Shown: piece by piece, positions 35,484 through 45,728 of the stretch
Numbering within the stretch: the first letter of the stretch is position 1
Layout of the letters: every line of letters begins with the position of its first letter
Notes under the pieces: generated by a model
The model's input: only the letters and a program-made list of their open reading frames with translations
Database searches by the model: none
What the model was told of the DNA's origin: nothing
Program-made: the position numbers and the translations under genes
DNA from: a virus
Taxonomy: Duplodnaviria; Caudoviricetes
Reading direction: 5' to 3' (one strand)
Virus record (IMG/VR): IMGVR_UViG_3300024433_000007
Coordinates: 1-54,491 of that record
DNA: 54,491 bases

Positions 35484-36185
35484 TTATAGATCTAAATATT
35501 GCAAGGTGCCCACTGCAGCAGCCGGCCGATATGTGTTTGCAGTGGCTCCGCCGCCGGTTGCTCCGGTGCCTTCGGCTCCGGTTGCTCCGGTGCCTTCGTT
35601 TGCGGTCCACATATCACCAACGGGCCGGGCGGCTTTATTGGCATCATACTGGATTGTTTTATGATCATAAAACTTGGCTCCCGCCCCAGCCGGAATGCTT
35701 ATCTCTGCGCCCGCTTCATCATATGACTTATCCGCCACGGTATATATATTTGCCTCATACCATTTATGATTGTGGCTTGGTCCGGTGTGCGTATGGCTCG
35801 GTCCTGTGTGCGTATGGTCTGGCTGTGTCCAGGTGCCGGCACTCGCTGCGCCGGTGGTATAAATGGCTCCTCCCTTGAGGCCTAATACCTTGTCGCTGAC
35901 TCCAGAATCTATCGCCCAGCCGCTCATTGCTGCATTTCGATAGATCCATATCTTCTGACTGACATCTCCATGCATCAGACCTATCCAAACAGAATCGTTG
36001 TCGTTTCTGACTTTCAATACATGCTTAACGGCGTCAAACCAAGGATGACAAGCCGCCATAGATGCAGGTTGTGCAGCCCCAGAAAATAGCGATTTTAAGG
36101 TTGCAAAATTATTCTCCATATTTTGGAGATCTGTTGATCCTATATGTCCTGCAGCATATACATTATCTGTCCAGTCTTGGCTCAT
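35484..36185 (-). CDS. Tail fibre/receptor-binding protein
   Basis: HTHTGPSHTHTGPSHNH and GTGATG repeats; after tail-tip gene. Confidence 0.7.
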   Translation of the reverse strand: MSQDWTDNVYAAGHIGSTDLQNMENNFATLKSLFSGAAQPASMAACHPWFDAVKHVLKVRNDNDSVWIGLMHGDVSQKIWIYRNAAMSGWAIDSGVSDKVLGLKGGAIYTTGAASAGTWTQPDHTHTGPSHTHTGPSHNHKWYEANIYTVADKSYDEAGAEISIPAGAGAKFYDHKTIQYDANKAARPVGDMWTANEGTGATGAEGTGATGGGATANTYRPAAAVGTLQYLDL

Positions 36186-36198
36186 TTTTGTACCTCCT

Positions 36199-38691
36199 CT
36201 ATTGGCAAAATTTCATTGTAAAATTTTCTACTAATGCGTTGACCGCATCGCTGGGATCTGTAATCTCTATTTCTAACTGAAAATATCTACCTATAACAAT
36301 AGTTGAGAGAATTTCCATCATTTTGACTTCGCTCGTTGGAGGACTTGATTCTCCATGTTTGAGCATCATTTTTACAGATGGACCTGCTTCCAAAGCAAAT
36401 ATTTCCGTCCATTGTCTGACTGTAATTCCGATATTTGACCATTTGCAAGCTATTAGATCTGATGCCTTGAGAACATCATCCCAGGTAGTACCTGTACCAG
36501 TAACTACAATATCTGCTAGGACATAGACCAGGTACCGTGCTGATGCTCCTCTATCATAAATTGGTGATTTATAAGTACCGACTAATACATCTCCACTATG
36601 CGAGCATTTGAGATAGTCATCTTCACTATAAATTACATGCTCAGTATTATCATGAGTACCTATTCCGTTATAGTCACAAGTCTCAATATTTTGTACAGCC
36701 CAGCCATCCGGTGGATCTTTCAGAGCAACTGATGCGGACCTAGGTGTAACACCATACATTCCATTATTACCTAGGGTATTAGCCATAAATGTATGGTCTC
36801 CAGGTTTAGCACCGTAGAGAGACAGATTCGGAGAACGCAAAGCTGCTAGAAATACAGCACCTGACCAAGATCCTCCTAAACGAAATTCGTAAAGTTCGAC
36901 ATCGGGATCAGATACTTTTTCTGCGTAGAGATTGATACAATTAGCATTAACTATGGCATTTAATGATGCAAGAGATTCCGGAGGCGATATATGACCTCCG
37001 ACTGTCCAAAAGATTTTATAATCATTACTATCTTTCTGTTTTGTGTCCCAGATAGAGACTACTTTTAATCTAAGATAATAAGTAACACCTTCTTCTACTG
37101 GATCAAGTGTAAAGTCCGTGTTAACATCATAGAGATATTCCCAAGTTGCATCATCAAAACTGAGACGCACCTCCACGTGTGAAAACCATGCGTAATTCAT
37201 TGGCGGATCAAAGGTGACTTTCAATCGAGTAAAAGTACGAAGTCGGTAGTCGTATGTCTCCTCCGTTTTATGCACGTTCGACAAGCTGGGAGGCTCTGCT
37301 GTAGGATCGGGCAAAGAGCATCGATATATCCCTTCTGCATCGAAGTCGTAATCATCATTATAAAGAAGTATACTCTCATATGCCAGCACCAATTCTACCG
37401 TACCATTTTCCTGAATGTTGGTCTCTCGTACCCGCATCAACAGATTACCGATTGCAAGAGCGGACGTATTCAAAGTAATAGGATCGTGTACTTCAAGCTT
37501 TAATGCATCATCCCTAAAGATTCCGACTATTGTACGATCTAACAGCATTCGTTCGAGGTAATAAACTCCGAGATCTGCAGCCTGTTGTCGAGAGGTACAT
37601 CCAATTAGACTTAACTTTCTAATAACACCTAATGTATCTCCGACAGGAAATGAATTAATTATGTAATCACTATTAGGATCTGTGTAGTCGACATTTAGTC
37701 CATCAGGTTTATCGAAGCGTGGCGGCTCATTGACAGTGATCATCATTTTGCCGCTCTCTTCTTGAGCGATATGCTTGTCTTCAAGAGTCATTACAGATGA
37801 TTCCAGGTTCAAATCCGCATATCTAAGGTAGAATTTGCCGTCCCACCAAACGAGTTCGCTTCTAAAGTGAGCAAGCATTGTATCAATAATATTCTGTGCC
37901 GCCTGATCACTTGTTAAGGCTATATCTAAAGTCCATCCTTTAGTATCGCAATAATTAGCCACTGTAGTCCAAGATGGTATATCAATCTTGGATGAATCCA
38001 TACCCAAGCCATACCTAGCATTGGTCATATAATCGTACAAACATAGAACAGGATTGTTAGAATATGCAGTAGAATCGTCCCTGAAGTCAAATAATTCTTT
38101 ACCTTTAAGTATGAGCGTCCGCCTTGGAATTGACTGAAAGTAGTCTCTATTATAAGTGAGTTTCCAGACTATGTAGCATGTATGATGAAGTGGGTCAGTC
38201 CACTCTGCGAGGGCTGCATTAAGATTTGCATCAACAACCTGATCCGATGCTCCATCATGAAAGTAGTATGCCGCATTACCGCCATACTGATTATAGAGCA
38301 AATCTCCTAGGAATACCTGATCTATACCTGCATCTTGATATATACTATCACATACACCTTCACTAAGAGTCTGAACAATCCAGAGGATTTCGTTATCAGT
38401 TCCTGATACCCCTATGTAAACGTCATTACCGCCTATCCTTAACTGACCATATACAACTTTTATTAATTCTTGAGTCGATCTGGTATTCGCTCTAAGTCCT
38501 GCTCCACCTGCCAAGGGTGCTGCGCTGACGACGTCTTTTCTGAGGGATTCAGCTATGTAATACTGTATAACTGCTCCGCCAGCCATAACTGCCATACCCC
38601 AATATATGCCATAATATTGTTGAGTAGCAATGGCAGCAAACATTATACCAATCCCAAAAGCAGTCTGTATTACCTCTGCAGCATCACCCAT
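36199..38691 (-). CDS. Tail tip/central fibre protein (lambda J / GTA megatron-like)
   Basis: VVYGQLRIGG, LSEG, SNNPVLCLYDYMTNARYGLG, Fn3-like region. Confidence 0.88.
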   Translation of the reverse strand: MGDAAEVIQTAFGIGIMFAAIATQQYYGIYWGMAVMAGGAVIQYYIAESLRKDVVSAAPLAGGAGLRANTRSTQELIKVVYGQLRIGGNDVYIGVSGTDNEILWIVQTLSEGVCDSIYQDAGIDQVFLGDLLYNQYGGNAAYYFHDGASDQVVDANLNAALAEWTDPLHHTCYIVWKLTYNRDYFQSIPRRTLILKGKELFDFRDDSTAYSNNPVLCLYDYMTNARYGLGMDSSKIDIPSWTTVANYCDTKGWTLDIALTSDQAAQNIIDTMLAHFRSELVWWDGKFYLRYADLNLESSVMTLEDKHIAQEESGKMMITVNEPPRFDKPDGLNVDYTDPNSDYIINSFPVGDTLGVIRKLSLIGCTSRQQAADLGVYYLERMLLDRTIVGIFRDDALKLEVHDPITLNTSALAIGNLLMRVRETNIQENGTVELVLAYESILLYNDDYDFDAEGIYRCSLPDPTAEPPSLSNVHKTEETYDYRLRTFTRLKVTFDPPMNYAWFSHVEVRLSFDDATWEYLYDVNTDFTLDPVEEGVTYYLRLKVVSIWDTKQKDSNDYKIFWTVGGHISPPESLASLNAIVNANCINLYAEKVSDPDVELYEFRLGGSWSGAVFLAALRSPNLSLYGAKPGDHTFMANTLGNNGMYGVTPRSASVALKDPPDGWAVQNIETCDYNGIGTHDNTEHVIYSEDDYLKCSHSGDVLVGTYKSPIYDRGASARYLVYVLADIVVTGTGTTWDDVLKASDLIACKWSNIGITVRQWTEIFALEAGPSVKMMLKHGESSPPTSEVKMMEILSTIVIGRYFQLEIEITDPSDAVNALVENFTMKFCQ

Positions 38692-39116
38692 CGGTACGCT
38701 CTCCTTATTTCTACTGATTTTGAGGGAATTAAATCTACACCTATATCAGTAAAGGCGGACAGAATCAGGCCATTACCAGCATTGATTCCAACCACAAACG
38801 ACGTAGGACTTTTCTTATTCACGATAACTAATAAATCCCATGCGGAGGAGAAATTTGGTTTGATTTCCCTTCCAAGTGAAGCTACAAATTCAAGCATCAG
38901 CTCCTTGGCCTTAGAAGGTTCTTCCATCCAGATCTTCATATAATTGCTACGATCATATCCCCCAAAATTCTTCGGCATCTCAAGCCCGATATCCTCTCCT
39001 ATAGTAACTATTAGTGAGATACAGTCAAATCCCTCCTCAACTGACCATCCCCCAAGCTTATATGGTGCTCCAACATACTTGCTTGTAACTTTAACTAAAC
39101 TAGGTTTCATCCTCAC
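38670..39116 (-). CDS. NlpC/P60-like tail protein
   Basis: YVGAPYKLGG..GFDCISL; canonical position in the tip module. Confidence 0.8.
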   Translation of the reverse strand: MRMKPSLVKVTSKYVGAPYKLGGWSVEEGFDCISLIVTIGEDIGLEMPKNFGGYDRSNYMKIWMEEPSKAKELMLEFVASLGREIKPNFSSAWDLLVIVNKKSPTSFVVGINAGNGLILSAFTDIGVDLIPSKSVEIRRAYRWVMLQR

Positions 39117-40113
39117 CTCTTAGCCTTCCCCACCAAACTTCCTTGTCAATAATACTTGGGAGCCATCTGAATCCTCCAAAATTGTCTGTATTTCCAAGGA
39201 CTGTACATCGTGCGTATGTACGATCACACCATGTCTCTGCTCCTGCATACAAACACTGATTCGTAGCTACATCATATAGAACTACATCATCTATACTACC
39301 AATAAAATCTGCATCACCAGCAATATAAAAGGTAGTATTCCCCGCACAAGTTAATGTTTCATGATAAGTGCCGTTTGCACCTCTCCACGGTGACCATGCA
39401 CCGTCTCCACATCCACAGGCGGCATTGCCAGCATTGTAATTCGATACTGTGAAACTTACCCTATAAATACGCCCTATAACTAATGGTATATTCTGATACA
39501 GATGGGTATTAGCCGCCTGAGAACCATCGCAATGAGCTTTTCCAGCATGGGTAACTCCAATATCCCATCCAGTTTGTTTTGTCCATATTGTATCAGAATC
39601 GAAAGTGCCGTTAGTAACCCAGTTTGTCCCTTTAAAAACTTTCCATCGGCAGGATGCACTATGTATAGCCAATGTACGCTGCGCCCATTTTGCAAGCTCG
39701 CCGGTTACTATAACTGATAGCTTTTCCTCATCTAGGCTCCAACTGTCAATTTCACCTTCAAAAACGGTCACAGATGTACTTGCATCTGGAATAAGATTAT
39801 AGTCGGAATCCAGTACGACTATTTCGAGAATTACATCTTCACCTTGAGGAGTTCCTCCTACAAAGGCAGCAGTCATAACTTGATCTAGATTGTCTACATC
39901 AATTTGTACCTGGTCTACAATATTTGTGGCACTATATCTGATCGGACTGATGCGGAATCCGAGAGGTTCGTATCTATTTCCATTGAGTACGATAGGAACA
40001 TCACAGTCGGTTCTCCGATAATGTGTGCTATTGATATTCATATCCAGCAGCATGAAGGGACGTAATTCCTTTGCTTCAAACTGCGCTAAAATATCTGTAT
40101 CAATGCTACGCAT
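39100..40113 (-). CDS. Baseplate hub (DUF2163/BR0599, lambda L-like) with inserted domain
   Basis: CRW..FKG / C..CDRTYARC..NFGGF Cys motifs. Confidence 0.82.
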   Translation of the reverse strand: MRSIDTDILAQFEAKELRPFMLLDMNINSTHYRRTDCDVPIVLNGNRYEPLGFRISPIRYSATNIVDQVQIDVDNLDQVMTAAFVGGTPQGEDVILEIVVLDSDYNLIPDASTSVTVFEGEIDSWSLDEEKLSVIVTGELAKWAQRTLAIHSASCRWKVFKGTNWVTNGTFDSDTIWTKQTGWDIGVTHAGKAHCDGSQAANTHLYQNIPLVIGRIYRVSFTVSNYNAGNAACGCGDGAWSPWRGANGTYHETLTCAGNTTFYIAGDADFIGSIDDVVLYDVATNQCLYAGAETWCDRTYARCTVLGNTDNFGGFRWLPSIIDKEVWWGRLRGEDET

Positions 40114-40693
40114 TAAGTAAACCTTTTAGTCTTATGCCCATATGGATGAGCAATAAATAAAACGTATCGAAGTCCTGTATATCCTGAGCAAACCTACTTC
40201 TAACTTTCAGAATTCCTGTAAAGTCACAGATAATACGATCTCCGTCACCTGGAGCAGCCACGAACGTAACTTTATCGGCTCCGTCGGCACCGCTTCCCGA
40301 ACCGAATGTATAGTCAACTCCACCGGCTGATTGCTCAACCCCATTCTTATAAAGTACAAAGCCTGTAGCACTCTTAGCTGGTAAATTAAAGACTGTAGTC
40401 GAGTCGTCTCCAGTTCCAACATATTCACCTTCGTAGGTATCACTACGAGAATAGAAAAGATTGAAAGCTTCAAACGCACCTTTTCGATCTAGATAGAACT
40501 GCCATATTGTTCTTCCATCAGTTAGAGTAAGCCATTTATAACCAATATTTACATGTCTCTTTGGATACAGCCACTTCTGTTTCCTTTTCTCTTCGCCTGA
40601 TTCACCGAATCTCGATACGAGAGTTTTAAACTGAATCTGCTCTGAGAAGGGACTGATATAGAGTACAGATGTTAATGAAGGAAATGCTGCCAT
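40106..40693 (-). CDS. Distal tail protein (DUF2460-like)
   Basis: FYLDRKGAFEAF, VGTGDDSTTVF; after TMP. Confidence 0.82.
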   Translation of the reverse strand: MAAFPSLTSVLYISPFSEQIQFKTLVSRFGESGEEKRKQKWLYPKRHVNIGYKWLTLTDGRTIWQFYLDRKGAFEAFNLFYSRSDTYEGEYVGTGDDSTTVFNLPAKSATGFVLYKNGVEQSAGGVDYTFGSGSGADGADKVTFVAAPGDGDRIICDFTGILKVRSRFAQDIQDFDTFYLLLIHMGIRLKGLLNA

Positions 40694-42975
40694 TATACTG
40701 TATTCCTTATTGCACCACGAAGTTCACGATCACCACTCCGAAGAGCCTTCTTGAACGGATTTAATATTGCTTGGGGATTACGGTTTGTTAGATCTGCAAA
40801 AGATTTCGCATCCACAGCATTAATAACAATATTGTAATTGTCTCCCTCAGACTTCCCAAGAGCCTTCATCTGTGCAGGTGTAAAAATACCTTCATCTCTT
40901 CTAGCTATTATAGGAATTTCACTTGGTAGTAGTCCTGTATGTGCTCGTGGAACGTCAGCAAATGTAGAGATGGGTACTGTTCTAAAAGGACCACGATCTT
41001 GGCCTATGATGCCACCGCCATGCATCGATGCCCCAAAAGATGTTCCGCCAGCCCACATTTTAGCTGTTTTCTTCATAATTTCTAATGCTACCATTTGAGC
41101 ATATAAGTCCGTCAGTGCACGCAAGATGCTATCCAATATCGCAAGAACGTAATCCTTCCAATCTTCAAATTTGCCTTTCATGGCATCGAAGAATAGATCA
41201 GAGAAAGCATCAGCAAAGGCGCTCTGCACATTTGCGAGGTAGTTTTTATATAATTCCTCCATCAAGGAAAGATCTCTCTTTATTGATGGTAGCCACTCCT
41301 CCCAATCGAACGGAGGGGCATATTCAAGGGCAGCCAGTTCCTTCGCTTTCGCAATGTAAGCCTCCATAGTATCAATCCCTAAATCTAGCCACTCCTCCCA
41401 ATCAAAAGGTGGAGCATACTCAATAGCAGATCGCAATTTCGCTATCTCGATATAAGCTTCCTTTACGGCTTCTGTCCATGCTTCTAATGTCTTTTTACCT
41501 TTTTTTCCAAATATCTCTACTGCCTTGTTCAGCACCTCCATTTCAAGTCTATACTTTTTTGCATAGTGTGTTAGATCTACCCAAAACTCCTCTGTAATCT
41601 TTTCCTCTCCCCATTTTATCTCAAATTCTATGTCCTTTGTTCCTGTCCGGAGATCTTCAAGGAATTTCCTTAATTCTTCTAAATCAGTTTTCAAACCTTT
41701 CATATACTTTTTACGAAATTCTTCTTGAGTTATAAATATATCCGTAAGAGCCTTATCCATCCTTGTATTAATGTCAAGGAGTCTATTATAGAGTGCTAGG
41801 GGATCATAGAGATCCTGCATAATAAGAGCATTTATCTTTTCCATCCCAGCTGAAATTATAACTATCAGACCTGCCCATCCTTTAAGAATAGCCGTGAAAC
41901 CCAAAAGTTTATTACTCCAATAGACAATGTCTGCTAATATTAATGCGATAGGTTTTATAGCATTCCAAGTTGTAGCCCATGCTTTATGATAAGTCCATGC
42001 TATTACAGTAGCTTGTTCTGTTAGACCATTTTGATCCATTAAGGTGTCTCTAATACCTATCATCAGACTTAGCAGGTCTTCGTACATCTGTAAAAGTCCT
42101 GCTCTCTGAATTTTATTCAGAACTGCCATCAACGTAGTCCACAGAGCAGTATGAGTCTTCTGTATATCCTTAGAGACAGATCCTACAGCATCCAAGACTT
42201 TACCTATACCTTCAAACATTATCTTTGTCTTTTCAGCGACATCTGTCTCTTCTTCCATCCTCTCAATAAGATCGTCAAAGTTTGCAATCCTTTGACTCAT
42301 CATTCGTGCTACGATGGCACCTTGTCTCATCTCACCTAAAACAAGAGCTTGTATTTCTGTTCTGAGCTGTCTCTGTTTATCAAGTCCTTTCGTTTGAATT
42401 ATAACTAAGTCCACGAGACGAGCCATCTGCTCCAGTTGTACTTCCGTCTGGGGAACTATTCCCATCGTAGCTAACTTAGCGTAGGCATTTCTAAGATCTT
42501 CGCCAGTAGAGATATGCTTGGCAGCTATTATTTCGAGATCCTCAAATACAGCCTTAGCAAATTTATAGTAAGCTTCAAGCCCTTCTATTGATGGCTGTTC
42601 AGTAAGCATCTGAAGGGAGGCTGCAACCTCCACAATGGCCATTCTGAAGTCATCTATTACTTGCCTACCCGACACGAATGTTCTAATTAGGGCTTTAAGA
42701 CCTTCCTCGAAGGCATTCATAGCACGATACGCAATCGTAAAACCAACAGCTACTTTTCCAAAGGTCTTCCACCAACCCTTAGCCATTCTATTTCCTGCGG
42801 CCACAGATCTCCTGCTGAAGTCATCGTAGGATCTCCCCATACTTCGAGAAGATTCTCTAGCAACCTTTTCTGTCATACCAAAAGCTGCTTTCGCCTCCTG
42901 AGAGGATTGCCTAAGAGCCTTCTTGAATAGCTTATTATCAAGTCTTAGATGCGATATTAGATCGCCTACGTCCAT
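40693..42975 (-). CDS. Tape measure protein
   Basis: 760 aa helical; C-terminal HGGGIIG..PRAHTG..INAVDAKSF. Confidence 0.9.
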   Translation of the reverse strand: MDVGDLISHLRLDNKLFKKALRQSSQEAKAAFGMTEKVARESSRSMGRSYDDFSRRSVAAGNRMAKGWWKTFGKVAVGFTIAYRAMNAFEEGLKALIRTFVSGRQVIDDFRMAIVEVAASLQMLTEQPSIEGLEAYYKFAKAVFEDLEIIAAKHISTGEDLRNAYAKLATMGIVPQTEVQLEQMARLVDLVIIQTKGLDKQRQLRTEIQALVLGEMRQGAIVARMMSQRIANFDDLIERMEEETDVAEKTKIMFEGIGKVLDAVGSVSKDIQKTHTALWTTLMAVLNKIQRAGLLQMYEDLLSLMIGIRDTLMDQNGLTEQATVIAWTYHKAWATTWNAIKPIALILADIVYWSNKLLGFTAILKGWAGLIVIISAGMEKINALIMQDLYDPLALYNRLLDINTRMDKALTDIFITQEEFRKKYMKGLKTDLEELRKFLEDLRTGTKDIEFEIKWGEEKITEEFWVDLTHYAKKYRLEMEVLNKAVEIFGKKGKKTLEAWTEAVKEAYIEIAKLRSAIEYAPPFDWEEWLDLGIDTMEAYIAKAKELAALEYAPPFDWEEWLPSIKRDLSLMEELYKNYLANVQSAFADAFSDLFFDAMKGKFEDWKDYVLAILDSILRALTDLYAQMVALEIMKKTAKMWAGGTSFGASMHGGGIIGQDRGPFRTVPISTFADVPRAHTGLLPSEIPIIARRDEGIFTPAQMKALGKSEGDNYNIVINAVDAKSFADLTNRNPQAILNPFKKALRSGDRELRGAIRNTV

Positions 42976-43255
42976 CTAACCTTCTCCTCGCTCTGAGTGT
43001 GGACCATGCCCTATTTATTCTCTCTTTGTAAGTAAGTTCTGTACCTTCTGCGATGGTTACATAACGTTGCCTTACTCTTTCTTGGTCTATTTTCTTCATT
43101 TGCGGAAAGGATGTAGCTTCGAGAGCCAAAATCTGTATATAAGCTTCTAACTTATCTATATTACGCAAATATAGAAAGAACTGACGAGTAGTAAGCCCTA
43201 GAATTTCCTTATGAGTCCAACCAAATTCCTTCGCTATGCGGACAAAACTAAACAT
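42938..43255 (-). CDS. Tail assembly chaperone, frameshift extension (gpT-like)
   Basis: In the -1 frame from the slippery site of the upstream gene. Confidence 0.8.
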   Translation of the reverse strand: MFSFVRIAKEFGWTHKEILGLTTRQFFLYLRNIDKLEAYIQILALEATSFPQMKKIDQERVRQRYVTIAEGTELTYKERINRAWSTLRARRRLDGRRRSNIASKT

Positions 43256-43260
43256 CAGAT

Positions 43261-43572
43261 CTAGAGGTTTTTTAGGTCTGTATCCTCAGTTTCATTAATA
43301 TCTTTAAGACCTTCTACATCGAAGATCCACTTTCGGATCTCTCTTAGTGCTAAGCCGACAGCCCTGAATCCTATACCTTCAATTTCCTTTACGTCAGCTC
43401 CTAAAATGGCAGCAAGCTGTTTATGAAGAGTTTTCTCATTCTTCTTATCAATCTTCCTGGTTTTAAGAAAGACCTCCAGTGGAACATCTTCGACTCTGTA
43501 CATCTTACCTTTTAAGGTAATCTCCAATGCATCGTCTGCTAACAATACATCGACATCAATTTTTGTTGCCAT
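43261..43572 (-). CDS. Tail assembly chaperone (gpG-like)
   Basis: Between major tail protein and TMP. Confidence 0.8.
   Translation of the reverse strand: MATKIDVDVLLADDALEITLKGKMYRVEDVPLEVFLKTRKIDKKNEKTLHKQLAAILGADVKEIEGIGFRAVGLALREIRKWIFDVEGLKDINETEDTDLKNL
43267..43273 (-). other. -1 programmed frameshift site A AAA AAC
   Basis: CTA AAA AAC CTC TAG; -1 frame reads KKPLDL-MFSFVR into the next ORF. Confidence 0.8.
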
Positions 43573-43583
43573 AAATTATCTCC

Positions 43584-44090
43584 TTATGAGGGTTCATCTC
43601 CTATGTAATATAGGTTATCAAGACTATCTGGAAAAGCTGTAAAAACTATCTCAATGATTCTCTGATCAGACTTACTGAACCTGATCGTCGGACTCCCTTG
43701 AGGTGCAGCATTGGGAAATCTCATTCGGTCACTTTCATTAACGGAGGGAACTCCATTAACATACTTTATCAAAAGCAAACTCTCAGCCAGAGTAGTCATC
43801 TTCGTGCCAACTATACTTGCACCATCTATTATAGATCCATCAAGGGTCTGATTCAACGCCTTGGCTAGATTGGCCAAGGTGTATTCTGCCAAAGGAACTG
43901 TAATTGTAGCTCCCTGACCAGTAATTACTTGATCCTCTGGCGAAGTGCCATGCTGATCTGATAACAGGTCGGCGACATCAGTAACAAAAGCAACTTCTAC
44001 ACCGCCCTCTGTCCTTCCAAGATCAACTTCGGCACCCTCAGTCCCGAACAGCACTTGACATGGACCAAGATCCAAACCTACCATAGCCAT
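43584..44090 (-). CDS. Major tail tube protein
   Basis: LGPCQVLFG..DLGRTEGGV..TVPLAEYTL..F.AFPD. Confidence 0.85.
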   Translation of the reverse strand: MAMVGLDLGPCQVLFGTEGAEVDLGRTEGGVEVAFVTDVADLLSDQHGTSPEDQVITGQGATITVPLAEYTLANLAKALNQTLDGSIIDGASIVGTKMTTLAESLLLIKYVNGVPSVNESDRMRFPNAAPQGSPTIRFSKSDQRIIEIVFTAFPDSLDNLYYIGDEPS

Positions 44091-44111
44091 AACAAAACCT
44101 CCTTTACAATT

Positions 44112-44498
44112 TTAACTTTCTTCTTTCTGTCTCTTCCTTATAACAAAATTTGAGCTGAAGATATATCTACCTCTTCCATCTCTCTCGACGGGAAAAGGAG
44201 AACTTATAACTTCGCAATAGAAAACATTCTCCAACCCACTAAATCCAGGTTTGTTTGCTAACAAATCATGCACCGTCTGTGCCAGATCCTCTGCAGCAAT
44301 AAAAGATTTTCCCTTAGCTAACACCTGTAGAATCTGCACATCCATACCAGATTCGGTTCTAAGCGAACCAGGTGAGGTAATCAAAGTAACGCACTCGTCG
44401 GGAGAATCAACTTCTTCCTCACCTAAAAACAGATCAGTATCAAGCGTCAATATAGTATTTAGTGCGATATAATCAGCTAGATCTAATATGAAACTCAT
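44112..44498 (-). CDS. Tail terminator/completion protein
   Basis: QILQVLAKG..RDGRGRYIFSSNF; start MSFILD. Confidence 0.75.
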   Translation of the reverse strand: MSFILDLADYIALNTILTLDTDLFLGEEEVDSPDECVTLITSPGSLRTESGMDVQILQVLAKGKSFIAAEDLAQTVHDLLANKPGFSGLENVFYCEVISSPFPVERDGRGRYIFSSNFVIRKRQKEES

Positions 44499-44962
44499 CG
44501 TGCAGTCCTTATTCTTGCTGCAATTAAACCAAAATATTTGAGACCGAATCTTATTAACTTTGATTCGACCCACTTTCGTCCTGTGCCTGGGGTTTTATAG
44601 ATGTATGCCGTACCCCAACGACTAATGCCTTCATGTATTGAAGTAGCATAAGGTTTATGTACTACCAGAGTACCTATCAGCTCCTTAGTAATCTTTGGCA
44701 TGAATGTCAATGGAGTAGCTTCACCCTTTCCAGTAACAGGTCTGCCTGCTGAAGTTCCGACGAGCTTACTATCTACAAATATAGAATGACTCGCAGCCAT
44801 AGCTCCAGATTCTCTTGGACAGGCCGGCGGCAGATCTAAGCAATCGTCCATAAATGTCTCAACTGCTCTTTCCATTCCCTTCTGGGATGCTCCTTCAACC
44901 TTTCCAATCGCAACAATTACGCCTCGCTTAAACTTGGATGTATCAAGTGTAATCTTGATCAC
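44495..44962 (-). CDS. Neck protein (HK97 gp10-like)
   Basis: PRESGAMAAS..PYATSIHEG..KWVE. Confidence 0.75.
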   Translation of the reverse strand: MIKITLDTSKFKRGVIVAIGKVEGASQKGMERAVETFMDDCLDLPPACPRESGAMAASHSIFVDSKLVGTSAGRPVTGKGEATPLTFMPKITKELIGTLVVHKPYATSIHEGISRWGTAYIYKTPGTGRKWVESKLIRFGLKYFGLIAARIRTAR

Positions 44963-45267
44963 TTAAGCAGCACCTCCAGATGACTCGCATTTGACGATCT
45001 CGTAGATCTCGGAGCTCTTATCTCTGCTATAGGACTCGCAACACTGCCAACTTTGATTTCATCCTGCTCTGTTACATCAGTATCATGTTCCAGCATAATA
45101 AGTGTTTTATCTACGAAATGATCACCTGATACATCTCTGATAACGGTTCTTATCGAAGTAATAAATGCTGGAACATCATCAATTTCTGTTACAGTTCTCT
45201 CACCTCTAGCAAGAGTCACCTTTACAATAGTTACTGTATGTGTTAGATACTTACTAATCCCTGACAT
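44959..45267 (-). CDS. Head closure protein
   Basis: Position, size, beta-rich, HLEVLL end. Confidence 0.7.
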   Translation of the reverse strand: MSGISKYLTHTVTIVKVTLARGERTVTEIDDVPAFITSIRTVIRDVSGDHFVDKTLIMLEHDTDVTEQDEIKVGSVASPIAEIRAPRSTRSSNASHLEVLLK

Positions 45268-45276
45268 TACTCTCCT

Positions 45277-45690
45277 CTATGGATGACGGAGATTATCCAT
45301 CTTACCCCGTTGGAACTTAGGCTTGACCAGAACACCATCAGCATAATCTTTCTTAGTAGCATCCTTATCGTCTACATAAATAGATCCACTCCAAGGATAA
45401 TTCAATCCAGATTGAGCCTCATAGTACGCAGTCATCTTCAAATATCTTTCATAGACAATCTCTGCATTTTCAGTGAATGTGGAAAGTTTCGAGTCAACAC
45501 GTCTAGCTAACTTCGAGCAGATTAGCCGACAGCACGATGCACACCTTCTAAGGAACGTCGTGCTGTCAGCCTGTACTTGTGCTATTTCCTCATCTGCAAG
45601 AAGAACATCGTCTTCATCTACATCTCCAATATACAGACGTATCTTGTTTAGCTCGGTATTCAGAGCACTCGCATCATAACTAAAAGTCAT
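45277..45690 (-). CDS. Head-tail adaptor
   Basis: MTFSYD..IRLYIGD..LLADEEI. Confidence 0.8.
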   Translation of the reverse strand: MTFSYDASALNTELNKIRLYIGDVDEDDVLLADEEIAQVQADSTTFLRRCASCCRLICSKLARRVDSKLSTFTENAEIVYERYLKMTAYYEAQSGLNYPWSGSIYVDDKDATKKDYADGVLVKPKFQRGKMDNLRHP

Positions 45691-45728
45691 TTATCTGCCC
45701 TCCTCTGCCGTATTTTCAGTCGTTGAAA

